A stretch of DNA of 64,000 nucleotides, from the NCBI GenBank assembly GCA_027021705.1, contig JALUTT010000077.1:62586-126585 (forward strand), in the 5' to 3' direction. Below the pieces are notes generated by a model. It was not told the DNA's origin. It saw only the letters and a program-made list of their open reading frames with translations, and did not search any database. The DNA comes from Anaerolineae bacterium. Lineage in GTDB: Bacteria > Chloroflexota > Anaerolineae > S140-20. The position numbers and the translations under genes are program-made. The stretch's first letter is position 1. Each line of letters starts with the position of its first letter. Shown here piece after piece: positions 21,140 to 29,117 of the stretch.

Positions 21140-22423
21140 ATGGAGATCGTAATCGTTGGCAACGGCCCGGCGGCGGTGAGCGCCTTGGAGGTCATCCGGG
21201 AGTTCGACCGGGATTCGCGGATCACCCTGATCTCCCAGGAACCTGTGCCCTTCTACTCGCCCTGCCCGTTGGCCGAGTACATCGAGGGCACCGTATCCCG
21301 CGAGCACCTCTTCCTGCGGGATGAGGGGTTCTACGCGGCGTTGGAGATCACCACCCGCTTCGGCTGGGAGGTCGTCCGGGTGGACACGGCGGCTCAGGAG
21401 GTGGTGGCCGTCCCCATCGCGGAGGCGGAAGCCCCGGAGGAGGTGCGCGTCCCCTACGACCGCCTCCTGATCGCCACCGGGGCGCGTGCCCTCCTGCCGC
21501 CCATCCCCGGCCTCGAACGGGGGAAGCGGGGCCTCTTCGTGCTGAAGACCCTGGCCGACGCGGAGGCCATCCTCGCCTACCTGGGGGAGGCACGACGGGC
21601 GGTGGTCGTCGGCGCCGGCTTCATCGGCCTGGAGGCGGCCCAGGCCCTGGCCCGGCGGGGCCTCGCCGTCACCGTGGTGGAGGCCCTGGACCGCGTGCTC
21701 CCCCAGATGCTGGACGCCGAGATGGCCGGCTACGTCCAGGCCCACCTAGAGCGCCACGGAGTGTCGGTGGTGGTGGGTGCACCGGTGGAGGCGGTACTGG
21801 GGGATGGTCGGGTGCGGGGCGTGGTCGTCGGCGGCCGGGAGCTCCCCTGCGACCTGGTGATCTGCGCGGTGGGGGTGCGCCCCAACCTGGCGCCGGTCCG
21901 GGATACCGACATCGCCACCCACATCGGCATCCTCGTGGATGAGCATATGCAGACCAGCCATCCGGGGGTCTTCGCCGCCGGCGATGTCATCGAGGCGGCG
22001 GACATCTTCGGCGAGAGGCGGGTGTTGCCCACCTGGCCCAACGCCGTCGCCGGCGGTCGGGTGGCGGGGGCCAACATGGTCGGCCTGTCGCGCCGCTTCA
22101 CCGGCCTGGTGAACGCCAACGTGCTGCGCCTCTTCGACCTGCCCATCGTCGCCCTCGGCCGCCGGGAGGGCGACCGCCTCCTCCGCTGGGAGCGGGGAGG
22201 CGTGGTCAAGAAGGCGACCCTGCAGGGCGACCGGCTGGTGGGCCTCCAGATGGTCGGCCAGGTGGATGGGGCTGGGCTCTTCCTGGAACTGATCAAGAAG
22301 GGCCGTCCCGTGACCCCCTTCGGCGAGGACCTGCTGGCCCCCGACTTCAACTACGGGCGGCTGATCCGGCCCATCTTCCGCAACGGGAAGGGGTACGTGG
22401 CCCTGCGGTCCCTAGAGGGGTAG
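21140..22423 (+). CDS. FAD/NAD(P)-dependent oxidoreductase (FNOR, NirB/NADH:rubredoxin reductase-like)
   Basis: GNGPAA, IATGA, GAGFIGLE and VFAAGD motifs; co-oriented with cooS. Confidence 0.9.
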   Translation: MEIVIVGNGPAAVSALEVIREFDRDSRITLISQEPVPFYSPCPLAEYIEGTVSREHLFLRDEGFYAALEITTRFGWEVVRVDTAAQEVVAVPIAEAEAPEEVRVPYDRLLIATGARALLPPIPGLERGKRGLFVLKTLADAEAILAYLGEARRAVVVGAGFIGLEAAQALARRGLAVTVVEALDRVLPQMLDAEMAGYVQAHLERHGVSVVVGAPVEAVLGDGRVRGVVVGGRELPCDLVICAVGVRPNLAPVRDTDIATHIGILVDEHMQTSHPGVFAAGDVIEAADIFGERRVLPTWPNAVAGGRVAGANMVGLSRRFTGLVNANVLRLFDLPIVALGRREGDRLLRWERGGVVKKATLQGDRLVGLQMVGQVDGAGLFLELIKKGRPVTPFGEDLLAPDFNYGRLIRPIFRNGKGYVALRSLEG

Positions 22424-24504
22424 GCTTCCCGCGCCCCCCCTGGGATCAGCAGGTCGGCGATCCACCGGCCGGAGATGACCACCGCCTCCACGCCGCCGCC
22501 CTGGGTGCTGGCCCCGACGAGGTAGAGGTTGCGGATCGGCGTCTGGTGGGGCAGATGTCCTCCCGGGTGCACCGAGCCGTAGATGGCACCGGCGGGGTGG
22601 CCCGTGTAGCGCGTGACCGTCGCCGGCGTCGCCGCGTCGCGGGTGACGATGTGGTCGCGCAGACCGGGCAGCAGGCTCTCCGCCTGGCGCACGAGCCGGT
22701 CCGCCAGAGCCGCCTTCCGCGCCTTGTAGTCGGGAGCGGTGCGGTCCCACGTGGCGGCCTCCGGCTGGGGAACCAGGGTCATCAGGGTCATCACGTGGTG
22801 GCCGGGAGGGGCGAGGGAGGGGTCCACCTGGGAAGGGATGGCGAAGCCCATCCCCGTCCCATCGGGTGCCCGGTACATTGTGATGGGGGCGATGGGAGGG
22901 TTGTAGTCGAGGGCGAGAAAGACGGCGAAGATCGAAACCGTGGGCTGGAGCGCCTGAACCAGCGCAGCGTAGTCCTGGGGCAGGTGCTCCAGCCCTACCA
23001 GTTCCCGGAAGGTGACGCCCGGATCGGCGTTCGAGAGCACGACGCGGGCGCGGAAAGTGCGCCCGTCGGCCAACCGGACCCCGTAGGCGGTCCCGTCCTT
23101 CACCAGGACCTGCTCCACCCGCCGGCGCAGGAGAAGTGTGCCCCCGTAGGTCTGAAACGCCTCGGCGATGGCCTGGGGTAACCGACCGGAGCCGCCCTTG
23201 GGGTAGAACCCACCGTCGAAGTAGTAGCCGAAGATGGGGGCCATCTGCATCACGGTCAGCGTCTCGGGCCTGTCCGTCTGGTATGCGGTCAACATGCGCA
23301 GCAGTCGCTTGAGGTCCTCGTCGGCGAAGTAGGCATCCAGCATTCCCAGGTAGGAGTGATCCATCCAACGGGAGAGGTGGGGGTAGGTCAACGGATAGCG
23401 CAGCATCACCTCGGGATCGGTCGGGATGTTGGGTCGCCCGTCGTCGGTGTACATCTCGCGGTAAATGTGGCGCATCTCGGCGAAGAAAGCCCGGAGGGAA
23501 TCCCCCTCGGCGGGGAAGCGGGCGGCCAGCTCCTCGACGAAGGCGTCGGCATCCTCCGGCACCCGTAGGCGCAGGTCGCCCAGGATGTACTCGTGGGGCA
23601 TCCGCACGAACTCCAGCCGCGACTCGATCCCTAGCTCGCGCAGCAGGTGGCGCACAGGCCCCCGGGGCCCCAGCCCGCTGATGTCGTGGACCCCGATGTC
23701 GAAGGTGTACCGCCGGTGCAGGCGGCGGAAGTGGGCGCAGAAGCCGCCGACGTAGTGGGCCTGCTCGACGACGAGGGCTTTCAGGCCCCGCTTCGCCAGC
23801 AGCGCAGCAGCCGTCAGCCCCCCCATCCCCGCGCCGATGACGATCACGTCGAACTCGTCGGAGGCTGCCGGTGGCTCTTGGGGGAACCGAGGCGGCCGCC
23901 AGCCGAAGGGGCGGTCGCGCCGCTCGATCGCCCGGGCCAGGGCGTAGCGGGGGAACCAGCGGGGGAAGTACAAGGAGAGGAGGACGCCCGGGATGAGCAG
24001 GATGTGCGGGATCACCGTCGCCAGGATGATCTTGTGGGCCGGCCAGACCAAGGCGGCGGCGTTGAGGACCATCCCGAGGGTGAAGATCACCGCCCAGATC
24101 AGCGTGATGATCTCGTTGGTGCGGCGGAAGAGGGGGTGATGCCAGTACTCGCGGGGCCAGTCGTCGCGGGCGTACTGGTAGGTGAAGGGGGTGCGGGCGG
24201 CGAGGGACCCCCACGCCATCAGGGCCAGGGCCAGGTAGACCAGCACACCGCCGTAGGTGAGGAAGAGCTTGCTGCCCAGCACCCCCGTGAACAGGATGTG
24301 CAGGGCGAAGAAGGCGAGGGTGACTCCGTCCATCAGCTTGGGGTTGCCGGTGCGCAGACGGTAGAGGTTCAGCCCCAGCGCACCGGTGAAGGCGGCGATC
24401 GCGCCGGGGAGAACCCGTCCCGCCCCGGCGAGAACCCAGTAGGCGATCCAGGGAACGAAGGCGATGAAAGCCCACACCGTTGAGGGAATCCGTCTCTTCG
24501 ACAT
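22351..24504 (-). CDS. Phytoene desaturase (CrtI)-family FAD oxidoreductase with an N-terminal multi-TM domain
   Basis: ATG 24504 after AAGGAGG; about 6 TM helices, then VIGAGMGGL...VVEQ...GG, YPKGGS, TPIRNLYLVG. Confidence 0.85.
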   Translation of the reverse strand: MSKRRIPSTVWAFIAFVPWIAYWVLAGAGRVLPGAIAAFTGALGLNLYRLRTGNPKLMDGVTLAFFALHILFTGVLGSKLFLTYGGVLVYLALALMAWGSLAARTPFTYQYARDDWPREYWHHPLFRRTNEIITLIWAVIFTLGMVLNAAALVWPAHKIILATVIPHILLIPGVLLSLYFPRWFPRYALARAIERRDRPFGWRPPRFPQEPPAASDEFDVIVIGAGMGGLTAAALLAKRGLKALVVEQAHYVGGFCAHFRRLHRRYTFDIGVHDISGLGPRGPVRHLLRELGIESRLEFVRMPHEYILGDLRLRVPEDADAFVEELAARFPAEGDSLRAFFAEMRHIYREMYTDDGRPNIPTDPEVMLRYPLTYPHLSRWMDHSYLGMLDAYFADEDLKRLLRMLTAYQTDRPETLTVMQMAPIFGYYFDGGFYPKGGSGRLPQAIAEAFQTYGGTLLLRRRVEQVLVKDGTAYGVRLADGRTFRARVVLSNADPGVTFRELVGLEHLPQDYAALVQALQPTVSIFAVFLALDYNPPIAPITMYRAPDGTGMGFAIPSQVDPSLAPPGHHVMTLMTLVPQPEAATWDRTAPDYKARKAALADRLVRQAESLLPGLRDHIVTRDAATPATVTRYTGHPAGAIYGSVHPGGHLPHQTPIRNLYLVGASTQGGGVEAVVISGRWIADLLIPGGAREAYPSRDRRATYPFPLRKMGRISRP

Positions 24505-24549
24505 CTGATCCTCCTTGACGTGACCGAGTGACCACCTGTTAATGACCCC

Positions 24550-24678
24550 TGACGGCCGACCGCGGACCGCCGACCGTGGACTGCGTCCGACCGCCGACCG
24601 GGCGGCGTAGCGGCCTAGCGGCTGGCGGCCTGGCAGCGGACTGAGGACCGTGGACTGAGGACTGAGGACCGAGGACAG
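24550..24678. repeat. Composite 7/8-mer tandem tract (CCGACCG, GCGGCCTA/G, AGGACTG)
   Basis: Directly visible; same families as at 3150 and 57853. Confidence 0.75.
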
Positions 24679-24891
24679 CATATCCGAAACAGGGTCACGT
24701 CCGCCAGTGCCGAAGGTCATCATCTGGGGTCACATTCTTTGCGGCGAACCAACAGAGCTGTAATCAAGCTGTAATGATGAAAAGGGGGAAACCCCTTATA
24801 CTCGGTAGACCAGGACGTATTGGCGTCGAGGGCGAGCGTGGAATGTATAGTGCATGTATAGTGTGTAGAGTACGAGGGAGGAAGGTTCAGG

Positions 24892-26214
24892 ATGGCATCA
24901 ACCAGGGTTGTCGAGACGGTCCACGATAACGGTCGTTCTAAAGAGGTCGTCCTGCCCGCCAATCTGGCGCGCGTCCGCAACTGGCTGGTGGAGCAGATCA
25001 TCGCTCGGCTGGACCCGGCGATCACCTGGCAGCGGACGCCCGAGACCACCCAGCAGGTCTTTCAGCACTTTCAGCGGCTTTACCAGCAGGCCGGCCTGAC
25101 CCTCTCTGAGGAGATGCGGAAGCGACTCTTCGAGGCCGTGGTGGACGAAGTACTGGGGTATGGCCCCATTGAGCCCTTCCTCCAGGACCCCACGGTCTCC
25201 GAGGTGATGGTCAACGGCCCCCACCTGGTCTACGTCGAGCGGGATGGGAAGTTGGAGGAGACAGGGGTCCAGTTTGACGACGATGAGCACGTCATTCGGA
25301 TCGCCCAGAGGATCGTGAAGCCGCTGGGCCGTCCCCTGGACCGGGCCCATCCTCGGGTGGATGCCCGCCTCCCCGACGGCTCCCGGGTCAACATCATCAT
25401 CCCGCCGGCCGCGCTGCCCGGCCCCGTCATCACCATCCGCAAGTTCCCCGCCAACCCGCTGACCGTGGACGACCTGCTCCGCTTCGGCACCCTCACCCCC
25501 CAACTGGTGGAGTTCCTGCGGGCCTGCGTGGTCGCCCGGCTGAACATCGTCGTCTCCGGCGGCACCGGGTCGGGCAAGACCACCCTGCTCAACGTGCTCT
25601 CCTCGTTCATCCCCGACGACGAACGGATCGTGACCATCGAGGACGCGGCCGAGCTCCAGCTTCACCAGCGCCACGTCGTGGGGCTGGAGACGGTTCCTCC
25701 GCTCCCCGACGGGTCCGGCCAGGTGACGATCCGCGACCTGGTGATCAACAGCCTGCGGATGCGACCGGACCGGATCATCGTGGGCGAGTGCCGGGGTGGG
25801 GAGGCGCTGGATATGCTCCAGGCGATGAACACGGGGCACGACGGCAGCCTGACCACCGTCCACGCCAACACCCCCCGCGACGCCATCGCCCGTCTGGAGA
25901 CGTTGAGCCTGATGGCCGGCTTCGACCTGCCCGTGGTGGTGATCCGCCGGCAGATCGCCTCGGCGGTGGACCTGATCGTCCAGCAGGCCCGGCTGCGGGA
26001 TGGGTCGCGCAAGGTGATCCAGGTGACCGAGGTCCAGGGGATGGAGGGCAATACCGTGGTGCTCCAGGACATCTTCATCTACCGTCAGCCTCCCTTCGGG
26101 GGGGAGGGGAAGCTGGAGCCTACCGGCATCCGGCCCAACTTCATGCCCCGTTTGGAGGAGGCCGGCTTCAAGCTCTCGGCGGAGATCTTCGGCGGCCTCT
26201 CCTTCCGGCGGTGA
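24892..26214 (+). CDS. cpaF: CpaF/TadA-family pilus assembly ATPase
   Basis: VDARLPDGSRV, GGTGSGKTT, TIEDAAEL, LRMRPDRIIVGECRGGE, AMNTGHDG. Confidence 0.93.
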   Translation: MASTRVVETVHDNGRSKEVVLPANLARVRNWLVEQIIARLDPAITWQRTPETTQQVFQHFQRLYQQAGLTLSEEMRKRLFEAVVDEVLGYGPIEPFLQDPTVSEVMVNGPHLVYVERDGKLEETGVQFDDDEHVIRIAQRIVKPLGRPLDRAHPRVDARLPDGSRVNIIIPPAALPGPVITIRKFPANPLTVDDLLRFGTLTPQLVEFLRACVVARLNIVVSGGTGSGKTTLLNVLSSFIPDDERIVTIEDAAELQLHQRHVVGLETVPPLPDGSGQVTIRDLVINSLRMRPDRIIVGECRGGEALDMLQAMNTGHDGSLTTVHANTPRDAIARLETLSLMAGFDLPVVVIRRQIASAVDLIVQQARLRDGSRKVIQVTEVQGMEGNTVVLQDIFIYRQPPFGGEGKLEPTGIRPNFMPRLEEAGFKLSAEIFGGLSFRR

Positions 26215-26249
26215 AGTCCCTGTTGCCCCAATCCAGGCCCCAACGCGAA

Positions 26250-26275
26250 GCGGCCAGCCCCCAGGGGCTGGCCGC
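26250..26275. terminator. GC hairpin between convergent cpaF and aor
   Basis: GCGGCCAGCCCC-CA-GGGGCTGGCCGC. Confidence 0.55.
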
Positions 26276-26302
26276 CGTCGTTCTCACTGAGAGGGGTGGG
26301 GA

Positions 26303-28123
26303 TCACAGGATGCCCAGTTCCTTCAACTTGCTTTCGGGCACGACGCCGTTCTCCCATCCCCGGGCCTGGTAGTACTCCTCCAGCATCTGGTCCAGTTCGC
26401 AGACGTGGCCCTCGGAGCCGGGCATCGTGCTGGGCTCCTTCAGGAAGCGCTCCGGCAGGTAGTCCGATCCGGCACCGTGGCCGGCCAGGTTGTTGTAGTA
26501 GCGCTCCAGGTTGTAGATGCGCTCGCCGATCTTCAGCACGTCGTCGTCGGTGATCTCCCAGCCGGTGTAGGCGGAGAACTGGGCGGCGTACTCCTCGGCC
26601 CCCTCGGCGAAGGAGCTGAACTTGCAGACGTCCAGCGAGTCCATAAAGGCGAAGAGGTCCTGGAGCAGCTTGGTCAGCTCGCCCTTCCCCTCCCACGCCA
26701 GCGGGTCCGACTTGAGCGGGATGAGGGCCAGCTCGCTGGCCGGCGTGTAGGCCCGCAGGTGGCAGGCCCCTCGGTTGCTGGTGGCGTAGGCGATGCCCAT
26801 CCCCTTCAGGCCGCGCGGATCGTAGGCGGGGATGGCCATCCCCTTGACGGTCATCGCAATCTCGGGGTGACCGAAGGTCTTGGCCGCCCGCTCGGTGCCC
26901 TCGGCCAGCACGTCGCCCACACCCTCGCGGCGGGCGATCTTGGCGATGATCTCCCGCATCCCCTTGGCGTCGCCCCACTGGAGGCCGGGGCCGTGGCCGT
27001 TCAGGAAGCCCTTCTCGGTGGCCTCCATGTACATCGAGAGCACGTTGCCCATCTCGATGGTGTCGAGGCCGAAGTCGTTGCAGTCGTAGATCAGTTGGGC
27101 GAGGGCTTTGGAGTCATCCAGGTCGCAGTTGGCCCCCAACGCCCACATAGACTCGTACTCGGTGCTCTCCATGCGCAGCCCCGCGTACTCACCGTCCTTG
27201 ATCTCCACCTCCTTCTTGCATGCCACCGGGCAGGCGTGGCAGGTGGGGTCGGAGACCAAGATGTGCTCCTTGACCCACTCACCGCTGATCAACTCGGCCC
27301 GCTCGCCGAAGCTGGTCAACTGGGAGTTCTTGGTCGGCAGCGCCCCCATGTTGCTGACGATGTTCATCAGCACGTTGGTGCCGTAGACGGAGAGGCCGCC
27401 CTTGCGCGGTGCAGTGACGTTGGCCTCGTCGGTGATGGTCTCCAGGGCCCGCTTGTCGGCCGCCTTGAAGGCCTCGGCGTCGGCGGGGGCGGGCCACTTC
27501 TCCTTCTCGCCCTTGATGACGATGGCCTTCAGGCGCTTCCAGCCGGCCACCGCGCCGGTACCACCTCGGCCTGCCGCCCGGTCGTCGGCGTTCACCCAGT
27601 TGGCGAAGCGGGCCAGGTTCTCCCCGGCCGGCCCGATGGCCATCACGCCGCAATCCTCGCCGTGCTTCTCCCGCAGGATGCGGACGGTCTCGTGCACGCC
27701 CTTCCCCCACACCTCGGAGGCGTCGTGCAGGGTGACGGTGCCGTTCTCGACATAGGCGTAGACGGGCGTCTCGCTGCGCCCCCGGAAGACCAGGCCGTCG
27801 AAGCCGGCCCACTTCAGCTTGGCCGCCGTCCAGCCGCCCATGTGGGAGTCCACCACCGTGTAGGTGAGCGGGCTCTTGGTGACGACGGCAAGCCGGCCGC
27901 TCATCTTCACCCGCGTGCCGGACAGGGGACCGTTCATAATGCAGAGGATATTTTCCTCGGAGAAAGGCTCGACCTCGGGACCGTTGTCGAAGACGTACTT
28001 GACGCCCAGCCCTCGGCCGCCGATGTACTTGCGGGCGTCTTCTTCGTCAATCGGCTTGTACTCCACCTCACCGGTCGTGAGGTTGATCCAGGCCACGCGG
28101 TTGGCGTATCCGCCCAGAGCCAT
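26303..28123 (-). CDS. aor: Tungsten-family aldehyde:ferredoxin oxidoreductase
   Basis: YIGGRGLG, TKSPLT, IGPAGENL, AAGRGG, CHACPVAC, GLDTI, YDPRG, SNRGACHL. Confidence 0.93.
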   Translation of the reverse strand: MALGGYANRVAWINLTTGEVEYKPIDEEDARKYIGGRGLGVKYVFDNGPEVEPFSEENILCIMNGPLSGTRVKMSGRLAVVTKSPLTYTVVDSHMGGWTAAKLKWAGFDGLVFRGRSETPVYAYVENGTVTLHDASEVWGKGVHETVRILREKHGEDCGVMAIGPAGENLARFANWVNADDRAAGRGGTGAVAGWKRLKAIVIKGEKEKWPAPADAEAFKAADKRALETITDEANVTAPRKGGLSVYGTNVLMNIVSNMGALPTKNSQLTSFGERAELISGEWVKEHILVSDPTCHACPVACKKEVEIKDGEYAGLRMESTEYESMWALGANCDLDDSKALAQLIYDCNDFGLDTIEMGNVLSMYMEATEKGFLNGHGPGLQWGDAKGMREIIAKIARREGVGDVLAEGTERAAKTFGHPEIAMTVKGMAIPAYDPRGLKGMGIAYATSNRGACHLRAYTPASELALIPLKSDPLAWEGKGELTKLLQDLFAFMDSLDVCKFSSFAEGAEEYAAQFSAYTGWEITDDDVLKIGERIYNLERYYNNLAGHGAGSDYLPERFLKEPSTMPGSEGHVCELDQMLEEYYQARGWENGVVPESKLKELGIL

Positions 28124-28346
28124 GACTTCCTCCTTTCTTCGCGAGTGTCCAGTCCCTTGAGCCTCTAGATCCGCTTACCGCCTGCCCGATAACCCTTCTG
28201 GGTCAGGCGGGATCAGATCAGCACCGTCTGGCGACGCACCACAAAGCGCCCAGCGAGGTGGGGTGGACCGCTGGCGGCCTTTGTGGCCCCTCAGACAGGC
28301 ACCCAGACCAATGATCCTATGACCGTGACCACCTCCTTTCCCTCGG

Positions 28347-28466
28347 GTATCTATTCAGCCTACCCTCCCGCAGGTCACCCGTCGAGGGCGCTTTCATCCC
28401 CGATGGTCTTTAAAGCACGGTTTCGCGTCGGAAACGCGCCTAACCTGCGGGAGGGTGAGCGGTTAC
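28347..28466. mobile_element. 120-bp MITE-like element, copy 1
   Basis: Ends GTATCTATTCA...TGAGCGGTTAC; inner perfect IR ACCCTCCCGCAGGT/ACCTGCGGGAGGGT; preceded by TCCCTCGG. Confidence 0.75.
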
Positions 28467-28481
28467 TCTCTCGTCCCTCGG

Positions 28482-28601
28482 GTATCTATTCAGCCTACCC
28501 TCCCGCAGGTCACCCGTCGAGGGCGCTTTCATCCCCGATGGTCTTTAAAGCACGGTTTCGCGTCGGAAACGCGCCTGACCTGCGGGAGGGTGAACGGTTA
28601 C
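28482..28601. mobile_element. 120-bp MITE-like element, copy 2, with 8-bp target-site duplication
   Basis: Near-identical to copy 1; flanked by TCCCTCGG at 28474-28481 and 28602-28609. Confidence 0.8.
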
Positions 28602-28620
28602 TCCCTCGGATGGTTTGGGA

Positions 28621-28663
28621 GAAGAAAAAGCGTTGTGCGAATTGAGCACAACGCTTTCTTTCC
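28621..28663. terminator. Bidirectional intrinsic terminator-like hairpin
   Basis: AAAGCGTTGTGC-7nt-GCACAACGCTTT with T-rich tails on both strands. Confidence 0.7.
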
Positions 28664-28745
28664 AACCGGCCCTCTCACGCTCCCCGCGCCCCCAGTGGCC
28701 GGTCTGCTTGTGACGCACCATCCACACCCCCCCGGGAGTTCTGTG

Positions 28746-28867
28746 GACTTCGTTCAGCCTACCCTCCCGCAGGTCACCGGTCGAAGGCGCTTTCAGCCCC
28801 GATGGGCTATTTAACCCACGGTTTCGCGTCGGAAAGGCGCCTGACCTGCGGGGGGGTGAACAGCTAG
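28746..28867. mobile_element. 120-bp MITE-like element, diverged copy 3
   Basis: Same core (ttcagcctaccctcccgcaggt...acctgcgggggggtgaac); ends degenerate, no TSD seen. Confidence 0.65.
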
Positions 28868-28871
28868 CCCT

Positions 28872-28899
28872 ATCTTAGCACAATTCAGGGAAATGTCAA
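28872..28899 (-). promoter_or_regulatory. Sigma70-type promoter directed toward aor
   Basis: TTGACA-N16-TAAGAT with extended -10 TG on the minus strand. Confidence 0.6.
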
Positions 28900-28929
28900 G
28901 GTTTGTGCTGCCGGTTTTGGGTAGCCTCC

Positions 28930-28958
28930 TTGCCTCTCCGGGGAACCTGAAGTACAAT
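28930..28958 (+). promoter_or_regulatory. Sigma70-type promoter of the dnaX operon
   Basis: TTGCCT-N17-TACAAT. Confidence 0.6.
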
Positions 28959-29117
28959 CCTGGCAGCGAGTGCGCCGCCTCCTGCTCCCACCAGACAGGT
29001 CCGGCGGGCCGGGCCGGGGCGGACCGTCCGGAGCATCGGGAGCGCAATCCTGGTGGCAGGAAGGGGAATGGGAGGTCCGAAGAGGCCGACCGTCGGTGGA
29101 CAACGATTGGGGGAACG

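Noticed and set aside
18446..21745. 1099-aa minus-strand ORF
   Set aside because: Antisense shadow of cooF/cooS/FNOR caused by high GC3; the same applies to 33495..35918, 54501..56873, 57469..60453 and 61348..62841.
28690..28720. Cobalamin riboswitch (GCCACTG on the minus strand)
   Set aside because: Other conserved B12-box elements are missing.
28960..29117. SRP RNA (ffs) upstream of dnaX
   Set aside because: CAGGTCCGG is present but the conserved GGAAGGAAGCAG domain IV sequence is not.
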